Of a stretch of 64,000 nucleotides of DNA, positions 12,151 to 25,241 are shown piece by piece (the stretch's first letter is position 1; every line of letters begins with the position of its first letter). The position numbers and the translations under genes are program-made. Origin of the DNA: Dipteris shenzhenensis (lineage: Eukaryota). Where the stretch lies: NCBI GenBank assembly GCA_047967505.1, contig CM106538.1. One strand, given 5' to 3'. The notes below the pieces were generated by a model. That model ran no database searches. It was given only the letters and a program-made list of their open reading frames with translations, and was not told where the DNA came from.

Positions 12151-13519
12151 AGGTGTTCCTCGTGAAAGACATAGAAGTATACCTCGCCACATAAAGGGCA
12201 AAATAAAAGTATGCCTTGCTTGAACCAATAAGTAAATACATACCATAAGTCATCAATAAGTTAATGACAAAGAAGGAACAAATCGTTGGTCTAGCAAGAC
12301 CTTGCATGCACTCGTAAATATAGATGAATATGAAAAACAAAGTAGATGTACTCATCTTGTAGGTATCGAATGTGCATTTAGTCCGTTGTATTGTATATAG
12401 GCATCTATGCAAACCTGCATGTACTTGGAGAAATAACTGAGTGTGATGAAAGAGAAGATATGAGCTCACCTTGGAAATAAACGAGTGTCTTGAAAATGAC
12501 AAGAAAACATGTGAGAAGCACTATCGCATATGTGAAGTAACGTATCCAAGGAGTAATGATATCAAAGCTAAATAGAAAAGAAACATTGAAATAAAACATG
12601 CTAGAATGTCAACAATGTAAAACATTCAGCAAGTCCTTTTCTTTCATAGGATGGACCAACATATGAAAGTGAAGCTAGTGTTGAATACATGACGAGCAAG
12701 TCAAGCAAGATGTTAGCCTATAAGAGAGAAAGAAACATTAGATCGACATTTTCTTTTGCATATCAAGCACACCTACATGATATTTAGCCTACTCCAGATC
12801 TAAAATTTGGGTTGATTGCTTATAATCATTGAAACATAATTATACGTGAAAGTATACAACATCCAAAGCAATAGAAATTTCTCTTCTCAATATGAGTCCT
12901 CCATTCCAAAAGGAAAATAAGTTAGGATTCCAAACCGTCGAAGTCTTATTTTTAAGAAATGGTTCTTTAGAGCTAGTGAAAAGGAAAGTAGGATTCTAGA
13001 ATTGACTTCATATAAAGATTGGGATTTGTATCCTAACCTTAAAGCTTACATTGGTTGTAAAGAAAAGAAATAGCTCTATTTGGGATTCTAGAATCCCAAA
13101 GTTTGGGAAGAATGGATTTCTAGACTCCAACTGAGACGTGAAAGATTTTGGAATCCCAAAACAAAAAGACATGTAGTGGAGGGTTTTTTAAACTTCTAGC
13201 ATCAATGGGGGTTTGGTGGCAGATCCTCGATAGTACGGGGTTTAGGGAGATAGCCCCTTGGGGGGGTCTAGGGGCAACACCCCCCTATGGCAGTGGGTTC
13301 ATGGGGCTACTCGTAGACCCCGAACCATGATGGGAAGACCAATATATGAATTGTCACTCCTTCGCTTGGGGGTGCCTCTTTTATTTTTATCAATTTGGAT
13401 CCCAAAATTCGCGTTTTGTAAACTTGGGAATTTGGAATCCCAAAACAAAACACAATCAAGTGGAACACAGTGCAAAATCTCAAAAAGGGTCATAGAAGCT
13501 TGATCGCCTTATTTGCGTA

Positions 13520-16340
13520 GTTCACCCAGTCTGAAAGACCTTCCTAAAGCATCAAATTTCCTAATAAAAGGGCTGCAATGGGCATTTTTACTTCTATCGA
13601 TATGAATGAGGCTAATCCTATGATTTCTTGAGACTCAGTGATAGGTTCCTTGCCTATTAATTGTGACTCTTTGAAGTTATAAAAGGCTACATTGTCTTCA
13701 TCTTTTAATCATTGTAGGGCTGGGTCCTATTTGAACATAGCTGCATTAGGGTAGATCGCTCTATTTTGAAGGGCATTTCTTCTTCTTCTACCCTCTGCTG
13801 AGGCACTTGCAAGGCCTTATAAGCTGAGGAGGCTGTCTAATAATTAGGATGGATTATATATGCTCCCTTACTTGACTTGATCCTTTGCTCGACTTTGTCT
13901 TGGCACATAGGAGTCATTGATTATTTCCAGGATTGGGTTGGGATATTCACCCTTGCCCTCTGATGTTATTTCTTGGACTTGGGCATATATTATTCTGCTG
14001 CCAACTCGAAGGGTTCCACCAAAGAAAGATGAGGTGGCTGGGATGGTTGTATCTCCATACGACCCATCCTGGATGATTACCTTATTGTGTCTCTTACGAA
14101 TGTTCATAGCACTCTTTGTACTTATTTGTGAAAATTTAGTTGCCACATAGGGCTTTGATGCTAGCCTTATCCTATCTGGTGTGTTTGTCAAGCTCTTTGT
14201 TAAGGGCTTTGGGCTACAACCTTGTGATTACATTTAATGATACTAATGACACTTGGCCTCTCTGAATTGTTAATAGGTTAGGCTTGTGGACTTAGAGATC
14301 CTTCACATGAGGCAATCCTTAAAAAGATGGTCCAACCCATGCCTCGAGCACAATGGATTTGGAGCATTAGACATTGATGTAGCTAGCACAGGTTTATTGT
14401 CTTTGTGGTCGTGCGCACTTATAGCTTTGAATGGGCGGTGTCTTGCTAGGGTTGTGTCCATCCCTCTCATTTTTTGAGAAATCGATGTCGTTTGGTAAAT
14501 GGTATATAGTGGTCATGTTGCATAACTATTGACTTATAACAAAGGCCGATTTGCATTATCATCATAATATTGAGAATAGCCATTTCCCACGAAGGGTATG
14601 TTCAGTTTCTTCCTAATAATTAGGTAGCTTTTCTAGCCATACTTGATTCATGGGAACGATTCATTTGGTGGTGGTGGTTGAGGCACTAGTATTAGAGGGG
14701 TCATGGAATATTTTGAGCCCTAAATTTCCTTTAATTAGTTGGTGTGGCTCCTTGTATTGCCAATTGTGTGCCTAATTGGGAACATTGGGACATGTGAGCA
14801 AGGCAATTTGTGGCCTTGTTTGATCTGTTGCTTGGGGAACCATCTTAGGATACCTTTATTGGAAGGTGTCATGATCTCCCTAGTGAATGAAATGGGCACA
14901 AAAGAGTGACAGCCTAGCCCTAAGGCATGGACACTCACTGTTGGGGTGGTTGCCATTGCATACCCAACACCAAACATTATATCTTCATGGAAAAAAGTGG
15001 GGGTTTTATAGGAGCTTCCTTCGATATTCTTGCCTTCCATTGTTGGCTCAGCTAATTTAATATATTAGTGGCTAATTCCTATATGTTCATCCCTTTGGAG
15101 GTCCAACTTTGGCTAATTCCTCTATGTTCATCCCTTTGGTTGTGACACATCAAATGAAGCTAAATATTTCTCTCATTAGGACTTCACCATATTATGGTCA
15201 CTTAGGACAATCAGCTCCGCTAGTGCCTGCCTCTTAAGCGAAGATATTCTTTTATTGCCAAGTATCGTAACAATCTTTGACTTGGCCCATTTATCTGTGA
15301 ACTGGCGATTGGGGGGGTTAGGATACCTAGAGCGAACAGTAGCGAGGGTCTCATCAGCCAACCTCTTTGGCTGGTCTTTGAAGTGGATAAAGAAATCTCT
15401 ATAATTGCTAGCAATTACAGAGCGCATGAAGGCCATGATGTCCTTCCCCTGTGCATCCATCAAGATGCCTCATGTTTGAGTGATGTCATAGAATATTGTA
15501 CCATCACTCGGAGGCACGTCTAATTCATCTGAATCATCATCGTCCCCACCGCCACCCCTCCCAAAGCACTGTGCCATGCATTCCCCACCGCTCTCCCTGC
15601 TACTATGCCTGCTACCGTGTCGTGTCGAGCTTGTACATTGGCCACTCGTAGCTAGAGACTGCATGGGACTACGCTGACCACTCGTAGTTGGAGAACCGAG
15701 TCTCGACTGCACAGGAGTACACCGACAGCTCTGCAAGACAGAAGGACCTCCTGACGGCATGGGGGAAGGGGCATAAGATGGCATCGCAGAAGGGGCATAA
15801 GACGGCATTAGATGACTTGAATGATCTGGAATTCATTGCGCACAAATGGTCATGAAGCACAGGAGCCTAGAACCCTATGAGGATGGAAACAACTATACAT
15901 CCGCTCTTGGGGTTTTGCATTGAGAGTTTAAATGTTTAATCCTGGTGATTTAATCATGGAGGGATTGCATTTCTTTATTTCACCTCATAGAGGGGTTCCA
16001 CTTGGATCCACTAGGGGTGAATCCCACAATAAATGACTTACCTAGTGTATCCCAATTGATTTCTCATCCGAATTTAGTGCTCTAAACCATTGTCATCAAG
16101 GCTTAAGCCAAAATCATTTACTTTTTTTGGATTTTTGATATCACCAAATTTCTCCAAATCTATTCAAAATGCTCTACATGGGAGGCTGGGTCTCCTTCAC
16201 TTAATAACTTGGTGATTAACTTGGAGATGATGATGGGTTTACTTTCAGAATTGTTTTGGTCTCTTCCTGTAATTATTGGATGAATGACCCCCTTCCTAAT
16301 ACTTGTCCTAAGATCCCCATCGCCTCATTGGTAACTAAGA
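13520..16340 (-). pseudogene. Highly degenerate Ty3/gypsy-like gag region (copy A)
   Basis: Minus-strand pieces GDPASHV, WFRALNSDE and NWDTLGKSFIVGFTP resemble the Retrotrans_gag motif. Many stops. Duplicated at about 43360-44306 plus 51610-52830. Confidence 0.45.
15213..15808 (-). other. Filler insertion copied from the accessory gene of a CACAA-family transposon
   Basis: Absent from the duplicate at about 52320, where about 10 bp occupy the site. No TIR or TSD. The translation matches 4234-4647 (DGTIFYDIT, FMRSVIA, RYPNPP). Confidence 0.8.
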
Positions 16341-17186
16341 TTTGTGAAGTAAGAGAAACATGGATGTGTTTATTGAAGCTATGCTTATATAGTATTATGA
16401 AATATAGGTGAAAGTTTATCTAGCTTATTTTTTTAGTTTCACAATATTGATAGGGTGTAGTATAATTTTATATATTATTTTGGAAGTTGAAGTAAAGAAT
16501 GTAAATCCTAGTGTAAATTTAGATTTTTTTGCATAAAAGTTTCAAATATTGGTGAATTTCTCAAATGTTTATTTTTATTAGGGCATAAAATTTTTTGATG
16601 CCAATATAAAATTTTAGCTTCTAAACAAAACTAGCTTGAAAAAATCATCCATGAAGAGAAACATGAGGATACAGTGACCCTACTTTATATTTTGGTGTTC
16701 TTGATGGAGGATTCCATGTATTTAGCAGCTATACAAATGTAATATGTGAGGATATTGACCCAATAGGAATTTGAATTGTGACTTGTGGTTGGTGGGGCCT
16801 ACCATGCTAGGCTAAAGGACTTCTAGGAAGTGGCATGCTGACCCCATCATTAGAGGCCTATAAGGGGTAATTGTTGCATATGGCCTACCGTGCTTTATGG
16901 CCAATGGAACTTCGGATGTGGGAGATCTTATTTTTTTATTCTTTTGGATTACTCCGTCCACTATTTCTAGGATTTAAAATTCTTGATAGAGTTTGGGGCC
17001 AAATTTAACCCTATACGAATGGATTTCATCAAAGAATGGATGTGATGGTACTTGATTTCCAATAGATATGATTGGACTTGGTTCCCTGAGTTTTAGGAGG
17101 AAAATAAAGAATGGGGAAAAGAGAGTAAAAAAGAGAGAAAGAGGTGAAAAGAGAGGGGAAAAAGAGAGGAAAAGAGAAAAGGAGAA

Positions 17187-17738
17187 TGTTACAGCTCTAT
17201 ATAGCTCGCCCTAAATCAGCCTAGTCCTCAACTATGATGAGGAACATGGTGTTACCACTAAGCAACCTCACTTATCCAAAGATCCTCCTTGTGATTATTG
17301 TTGTGGCAATAATCCATCCTTTTGGTGTTACGAAGGCATTATGATCACAAACGTAATCAAGCATATGCTACTTAGCATCCTCCTATTGTTGATGCCCATA
17401 CACATTAAGAGGAAAATCATATCTGCTGTTTGATGTCTCTCCAGAGAAGATACTTCTTGTTCGAAATCGTTCCAATTTTATTCTTGATTCTCGTGCTATT
17501 GGTAATATGACATATCAATCTCAATGGTTACATAATTATCATGCTCTTCCTCACAAGAAATTGGTTTATCTTGCTGATGACACTACTTGTCAATGTTAGA
17601 GCTATATAGCTTGCCCTAACTCAGCCTAGTCCTCAACTATATATATGCCTATGATCTATGAATAAAATCACTTCCTTGGTATCAACTCTTGTGTCCGTTT
17701 CTCTCCTCTTTCTCTTCCTCCCAACATGGTATCAGAGC
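17187..17738 (+). mobile_element. Truncated LTR + Copia gag/protease fragment + complete LARD-family LTR (17594-17726) + PBS
   Basis: TGTTACAGCT... partial LTR at 17187-17234. 17235-17593 is the reverse complement of about 58620-58970. LTR TGTTAGAG...CCCAACA, PBS TGGTATCAGAGC at 17727-17738. Confidence 0.8.
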
Positions 17739-18571
17739 CTCGACATGCTCTAGCATGACTGTGAGAAGAAAGCAACATAATTTTCGTCAATCTGACAAAT
17801 AGGACATGAGGATGGAAAATGTTCATAGTTTTGTAGAATCAACAATATTTGAAGCAAAAGCAAAAGCAATGAAAAATTAGACTTAATGATAAGAAGCTTC
17901 GTGATATGGCATTTCCCACAACATCAAAGGAATTTGGTTTATCTCTATACCAATAGGCAAAGAAAAGCTCCAACACATAGATCTATGTCATAGTGGTTGG
18001 TGATCTTGGAATTAACCATGGTCGTCTTGCTTAAAACCAATCACATTTTTTGAGGTAGGTCCGAGTATAGATATTGACAGAGCTCTTTGGTTGAAGGATG
18101 TTCTATGAATCCTGAGTAGCAAAGCAATTACACAAAGACTCAACAACCGATGCACTAAACAAGAAGCTGGTGAGTAAAGGATGTGCTACCTAAAAACTAG
18201 CTTAATAGATGTGAAGCATCCTTGGCTTTTACTTTTGCAATAGCAGCATGAAGCCACAGGTGTTGAAGTGATAAACTCTTGTTTTCACTGATGACCTGAT
18301 AGAAAGAATTTTTTTTTTCATATGATAGAAAACCTTTTGTCCAAGTACTTTTCCCAATCAACTTTCTCGTCTGTAGAACGTATATAATTATCATGTAAAA
18401 GCATGGAGATTGGGCTGCCTTACTCTTAATGACAAGATTGAGATTCTACTTGTCATCGATTAGATAAGATTTTCATCCCTAAATATTGACTATGCTTGCA
18501 AAAATGATCCGATGCTCTTGGTTTTTGTGGATATGATCGGCGTGCGTTGGGTCTCCTCTTCATCTAAATTT

Positions 18572-21307
18572 TGTTGAGAGAGAAGAAGAAGAGATGATAG
18601 ACACACCAAATAGACTCCAAAAGATTGATTCATATCGATCACTAGCTACATATTAATAGGTGAGACCTAGTTCAAGTTAGGACAAGCTATATATAGCTCT
18701 AAGACCCCCACTCAAACAAAGGTCTCTAGCTACGGATGAAAAAACCCTTGGGCAGCACAAGGGAAAAGCCCGAGATCCTATATACAAGTATACAAGTTGA
18801 TCATTTGTACAATTATTTACAAGTATGTAATGCAAATGTGCATTTATATACAAAAGGTCACCCATAGGTGTGTTAATCTTGGAAGAGAGAAGCCGCAAGA
18901 ACTCCAAGTTTTGATCGTAGCACTGTGAAGCGTGCCTCACTAAGTCCTTTAGTGAGAATATCTGCAATCATATGACAAGTGGGACAATGTTCAATCATTA
19001 TCATCCCTTTCTTCACTTCATGTCTGACATAATGGTAATGAACAGCAATATGTTTGGATTTGTTATGTTGAACATAGTCTTTAGCCAGACTTATGGCACT
19101 TTGATTATCACATCTGAGAGGAGTACTGGATGATGGAGGATGACCAATATCTACAAGCAATTGTCGTAGCCAAACCAATTCTCGAGCTACTAGAGAAGCC
19201 GCTATATACTAAAATTCTGTGGTAGAAACAACAACACAACGTTGCTTCTTACTTGCCCAAGAGACCAAGCAACCATTGATAAAGAAGCAATTACCACTTG
19301 TAGATTGCATAGAGAAGTCAGAGCTTGCCCAATCTACATCTGTATATCCCAAAAGATCAAGAGACATCACAGAAGATGATTCTGTATGAAGTCGATAAAC
19401 TAATTCAAAATCAGAAGTGCCTTTCAAATACTTTAGAACACGTTTTGCTGCAGATCAATGTTGCATTGAGGGAGCAACCAGATATTGTCCTAGAAAATTG
19501 GCAGTAAAAAGAATATCTGGTCGAGTGTTCAAATCGACAAACTATAGGCAACCAACAAGATTGGCATAGGGTTGATGTGAAACCTCAACATCATGAGTTA
19601 ATCGAGTATTTTGGATAGAGCTCACAAGACAAGGAGTGGTCGCAGAGTGAGCATTCATCAAGCCAAACTTTTGAACTGCATCTTGAATGAATTTTGTTTG
19701 TCGAAGTAGCAGAATTTCCTTGTGACGAAATCACTGAACTTGAATACCAAGACATGAATGAATGTCACCAAGATCAACCATATCAAATGCTGAGGATAAG
19801 ATTTTCTTGACATGTTGCAAGAAATCGAGATTGTTGGAAACAAGTATGGTGTCATCCACATAAAGAGCAAGAATGACAAAAAGAGCACCATCATGTTTGG
19901 CATATAAGTTGGGGTCAAAGAAACAAGAGTTGAAACCTTGAGATCTTAGAAATTGATCAATTTTCATGTACTAAGAACAGGAATCTTGTTTTAGACCATA
20001 AAGAGCACGATGTAGGTGACAAACAAGATGGTCCTGACTGGGAAGTATGAACCCTTTTGGTTGCTCCATATAAATCTTCTCTTTAAGATCTCCATTAAGA
20101 AAAGGAGTTTTCACATCCATTTGATGAATCTCCAAATCAAATTGAGTAGCAAAAGCCAAGAGTACCCGAATACTTGTGCTATGAACAATAGGTGAAAAAG
20201 TATCATGATAATCAACTCCTGCAATTTGTGAGTATCCTTTTGCAACCAGACGAGCTTTAAACTTGTCAAAAGAACCATTAGCTTTAGTTTTGGTTTTATA
20301 AACCGACTTACATTTGATAGGAGTGCGACCAGGAGGTTGTTCAGTAAGAACCCATGTACTTTAGAGATCAAAGAATCAAAATCAGCTTCCATTGACTCTT
20401 TTGTGCAGAAGAGATAGCTTCTGTATAAGTAGTAGGTTCTTCATGAGCAACCATTGCATGCTCAATGATTTCAAAGTCATCAACACAATCATGCGTAGAA
20501 CCATGTTCAGAATCAATAGGCAGATCAACATAAATATCAACACTATCATCAGAGGCTTGTGTATGTGCAGGATGCAAATCAATATTGTCAACACATTGCT
20601 CTACAAATGGAGTAGCAATGATTCCATTAGATGAATGAGTAGTAATGATATCAGAAGTGGAATCATTATCAAATAAAAAAGGAAAGGCAAAAAGTAAGGA
20701 CTCAGTGTCCTGTGCATCCTCGATAGACCATGTCCCTCCCATTAAGTGCTCATTGAATATGGGATCACAATTGATTATCACCTTCTTAGAAGAGGGATCA
20801 TAGAATTTATAACCTTTAGAATTCGGAGAATATCCAATGAATATGACCTTTTTGCCAGGAAGATCTAGCTTTTTCTGTGTCTCTTTTGGTACATGAATAT
20901 AAGTAATGCAACCAAAAGTTTGAAAATGTGATATAGAAGGAGTCTCCCCTGTCCAAGCTATGATTGGTATCTGACCAGAAGGTGCAGTTGTAGGAAGATG
21001 ATTTTGCACAAAGATAGATGTCAGAAGTTCTTTTGCCCAAAAGCTTTGAGATAATCCAGAATGAAGGAGCATACATCGCATAGCATCAAGAGAAGTGTGA
21101 TTCTTACACTCTGCATGAGCATTGTGTTGAGGAGAGTATGGAACAATATATTCACGATGAATGCCACACTCAATGCAATAATCATTAAAAAGATTAGAAA
21201 TATATTCTCCACCGTTGTCACTATGAAGGGTCTTGATCCGAAAACCAGTATGAAGTTCCACAGTAGTTTTATATTGCTTGAATATTGATAAGGCTTCTGA
21301 CTTATGT
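18572..21307 (-). mobile_element. Degenerate Ty1/copia element (3' LTR 18572-18704 plus integrase-RT-RNase H), truncated at a CACTA end
   Basis: Motifs SDNGGEY, QMDVKT.FLNGDL, LYVDD, CDNQSAI, ADILTK, with frameshifts. Duplicate of 55359-58047. Confidence 0.9.
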
Positions 21308-21525
21308 CACTACTACACATGAATCCTATTGCGACGTTTAGGTACCGACGTTTAGCGTGCACGTCGTGCTAATCATCGGTATGAAAAGCACATCCCGTAA
21401 AGCGTCACTATATAGCGACTTTAGGCAAATGTCGCTATATAGCAACTATTACAAAGGTCGCTATATAACGACTTTTAAGTCTCGCTATATAGCGACACTG
21501 AGATACTATTTTATAGCGATGGCGT
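21308..21525 (+). mobile_element. Left terminus of a canonical CACTA element
   Basis: CACTACTACA begins exactly where homology to the Copia copy at 58047 stops. Palindromic subterminal repeats GTCGCTATATAGCGAC follow. No matching right end was seen. Confidence 0.8.
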
Positions 21526-21629
21526 TTCAAATCGAAATTGATAGAGCAATATGAACAAAATTTAAATAAAAAATTCATGATCTTTAACCAAAAATAGAAG
21601 AGATTCTACATAGTTTTCCTTTGCTCAAC

Positions 21630-24330
21630 TGACAAAACATGTGTGCCTCAGGATCTATGGAGCACTCTAAGGTGGATGGAACCTGTGTGGAAACATGATG
21701 AAGAGAGTGCTCATGACATGTATCTCAAGTCAATTAGGTTCCAAGATAGATTAGCTTGGACTCATAAAGAGAATCTTGAGATAGTGCAAAGTGCTTGATT
21801 GATTTCCTTCAAATGAACCTCCCTTTTATAGGTGAGGGTACTTACATCCATTTTGCTTGCTCACATGTGGGATATCTCCTCCATGCCATGTGGCAGCTTA
21901 CCCTTTGCTCATACCTTTGCTCTACATGTGCTCATGGCACCACAACTCTCAACACCTCCCCTTGGTGCCATAATCCTTTGGCTACTGCAAGGTGGTCAGA
22001 TGTGAGTTACAAATCCATCACCTCCCCTTAGTGCATGCATGCTACTTAAGGTGGTCAAGTGTGGTTTTTACATGTCAATACCTCCCCTGGGTGCTTTCAT
22101 AGCTACTCTCAGGTGGTCAGGTTTGATTACAAAACATAGGCAAGGTTGGCAAGGTTTTTGCTTTTCAATACATTCCATTGATGTCATCTTTTGGCTCATG
22201 GCTTGATGACGACTCGTTTGCTTCTTTGTTTGGTGTAGCTACCTGCATGATGCTTTGTTCTTCCATGTGCCTTAATGCTTTGTGTGGATGCCATGCTTCG
22301 TGCTATGGACATCTCATACACTTGTGCTTTTGGCATGCTTGCTACATTCATGCGTTGCTTTTTCATTTGTTGCAAAGGTCTTACCAATTGACTTCTTTCA
22401 ATATTGGCAGTGTCTAATTGCATACAATGATTCTGACTTGACAAGCACGTAGAGCTCAAAAAGACGATCACTTTTCCTTTTTGGAGCATGTCCGAATTCT
22501 TTCTGGATTGCAAGTTACGCCTTGTTGAAGGTTTTGTGAAGAAGAGGGGGCCTTGATGATGTGGCATAGACATTCATATGCTGCTTGCAGAACTGTGCTT
22601 GGCAGGGGCTCTGTGCTTAGGTGGCCCTGTGCCATGTGGCAACCTTCTAACCCAAGTTAGTTCACCCAAGTCTAGATTAACTTAACCATGATCCACGCAA
22701 CTAAACCTAACCATGGTGATCATTAAGGTAACCACAGTTAAGTCCTATCTTGACACGTGTCAATCAATGAAACCTTGGAGAAAGAGAAGAAGGAGATCTT
22801 TGAAGCTTCTGCGACGACGGCGACGTAGACTCTCAGGAGCTGTGAGATGCGGGGTCGTAGGCTGGCTGCTAGCTATCGCGGTTGCTCTTGGAGCTCGTGG
22901 CTTGAGCCTGGCGGTGAAGGGTCGTTGAGGGTCGTGAGGTCTTTGTTGCAAGAGATAGTCATCGTGTTTGCAGTCCGGTTGTGCAGGTTGTACTGGAGAG
23001 GTCTACCTTGCATAGTTCGTTGGAGTCTTCCGTGAAAGGGTCCGTCGGTGCGCTGGCCGTGCAGAAGAGCTGTTCTCCATTGAGGCGGGTGGAGGAGTCG
23101 CAGCTCATCTCGGCCTCCTTGCATCAACCTCGTCGAAACTTTGTCTGTAGCTCACGAAACTTCATCGTTCTTGTGTGTGCTCAGCCGTGTCTGTCTCGCT
23201 GGTTGGTAGTATGAAGATGGAGCTTTGAGGCTTGCTTAAAGCATTGCTCTGTTGAAGTTTATCGTAGCTGTGTCATTGGAAGCCAGCCGCTGTTGTAGGC
23301 AATTCACTGAGGCAGCCGCTGCTGCTGCTGTCGTTCCTTTCAGGTCATAGATCGATGGCCACCCAAAGCCTTAGAGGCAATGCAAGCATAGCTTGCACTT
23401 GTCTGAAACAACCCTCCGGATTGAAGGTACTGAAAGACATATGAGGCGTCCCTGGAAGAGAGAAACAGAGTGCGGATGCAGAGATTCTGTTGCCAGTCGG
23501 TTGAATAGATGAGTCAGTTGTGAAGCTTTCCCGTGAGCTGATAGTTGAGGTTGTAGAGTATATTGCATTTGTAGGAGGAGCAGCAGTCGTTTGAGAGGCT
23601 GGATATGTTGAAGCCTTGGAAGCTTTTCTTCTCTGAGTTGCTCTTGAAGTCGCCTCTAGCCATTCCTTCATTGTAGGGCAGCCTCTGAAGAGTAGTTGAT
23701 AGGCTTTAGAGACTCAAAGTTCTCTAATGAACAAGGGACTCATCTGAAGCAATGGACTCAAATCCCTCCACGTATCTTTTGGAACTCTCTCTCTCTCTTT
23801 CTCTTCAAGAATGACGGAGATATCTCAAAGCAATGAACGGAATTTTCATTCAATGGATGGAATTCTCTCAATCTAGAACAAAAACTAACCTAGGAGAAAA
23901 AACATGAGCTCCTAAGACATGCCTACAACTAATCTAGGAATGGAAGCAATCCTAGTGAACTTCTAATGAGCTAAACTAGGAGAGCTAAACCTATGCTCTG
24001 ATACCATGACAAAACATGTGTGCCTCAGGATCTATGGAGCACTCTAAGGTGGATGGAACCTATGTGGAAACATGATGAAGAGAGTGCTCATGACATGTAT
24101 CTCAAGTCAATTAGGTTCCAAGATAGATTAGCTTGGACTCATAAAGAGAATCTTGAGATAGTGCAAAGTGCTTGATTGATTCCTTCAAATGAACCTCCCT
24201 TTTATAGGTGAGGGTACTTACATCCATTTTGCTTGCTCACATGTGGGATATCTCCTCCATGCCATGTGGCAGCTTACCCTTTGCTCATACCTTTGCTCTA
24301 CATGTGCTCATGGCACCACAACTCTCAACA
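21630..24330 (-). mobile_element. Young non-autonomous LTR retroelement (2.7 kb, TRIM/LARD-like)
   Basis: LTRs 21630-21954 and 24007-24330 (TGACAAAA...ACTCTCAACA) differ by one substitution and one 1-bp indel by eye. TSD TCAAC at 21625-21629 and 24331-24335. PBS-Met at 23995-24006, PPT from 21955. No gag/pol. Empty homologous site at about 62465. Confidence 0.93.
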
Positions 24331-24607
24331 TCAACACCATCCTTCACATGAAACAAAATAGAAAACAATTTCAAGTATGAAGAGGATGCAAATGTATTTA
24401 ATAACTTTTTTTTTTCATATGAGTAATTGTGCATTCATGTGAGACAATAAACATTCTCTCAATGAAAAATATAGATTAAAAGCTCCTCTGACTCACTAAA
24501 ATACATACATTATGCTCTTGGATGCTATGAGCTTTTGCAAACTCCAAGATGAAATTGAAAAATTGGCAAGAGATCTTTAAAACTGATATGATCTGGCTTG
24601 GACATCT

Positions 24608-25241
24608 TTAGAACTGAGCTTTGGAGTAGAATGTCTGGCCGAATTGCCAAGTTGATGGAGCAATGTCGAAAGCATTGATAGTTCTAGAATCACTAGTGGT
24701 GATGCTGAATGATAGAATCTGGCCGACCAAGACCTCCTTGCTTTGCCAGTTCTGACCCCAGTTCCTAGACATGGGTAGCCAGCCAGTTTTTGAGCCCTTG
24801 ATCGCCACTCTCACAATGTCGCCTGCCCCTCCAACGTTGGTTATCAGGACCAGATTGAAATATGGATTACCCTTAATGGTGAATTGGATGCCTCCTTGTT
24901 TTTGACAAGGTACCCTACACATGACCACCGCAACTTGTCAACTCACAAACTTGATTTGCGTGAGCGATTATGCATGACGGCCAGTGGGCGAAACATTTGT
25001 TACCTTCTGTATAGCACTGGGATGATTCCCACTTTATATTTTGTGATTGGCTCAAAGGCAGGTTGTGCCATGTCAAAGTGCTCGAGAGGGGGGTACACCA
25101 TCCACCTGTCATGTTGGGAAGGTCGTAATCCGGTGGACAGAAGTTTGTAGCTGTGATAAAGATAGAGTCGAGAAGGCACCATTGGGGATCATCGTGACAT
25201 ATGATCTCAAGGCACGCTCCGCAAGCGGCTCCCCCATTGAA
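24608..25241 (-). pseudogene. EXPA: Alpha-expansin pseudogene, 5'-truncated and frameshifted
   Basis: Exon 25241-25004 reads FNGGAACGACLEI.C.DDPQWC...TATNFCPP...GGWC, then a 1-bp deletion near 25095, then [27 protein letters not shown] intron at 25003-24915. Last exon 24914-24608 reads [30 protein letters not shown]...[11 protein letters not shown]...WQFGQTF. Signal peptide and GACGYG region are absent. Confidence 0.93.

Larger units (their letters stand above)
1576..12800 (-). mobile_element. LARD-like non-coding LTR element, copy A (3' part), interrupted by a MITE and a CACAA-type transposon; 5' part deleted
   Basis: LTR and PPT present. Internal sequence 1755-2939 and 11373-12800 matches 27189-34110 and 36930-39078. 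No gag/pol motifs. Confidence 0.7.
9372..21307 (+). repeat. Copy A of a large direct segmental duplication
   Basis: 9372-12800 matches 34917-39078, and 12801-21307 matches 42945-58047, with copy-specific insertions and deletions. Confidence 0.9.

Noticed and set aside
13075-13450. GC-rich GGGG..CCCC MITE-like segment
   Set aside because: TIRs and TSD could not be delimited.
22760-23671. Short ORFs inside the 2.7-kb LTR element as genes
   Set aside because: No recognisable domain, and overlapping short ORFs are expected in GC-rich sequence.
24608-24928. Functional expansin gene
   Set aside because: Frameshift in GGWCNPP and loss of the 5' exon and signal peptide.
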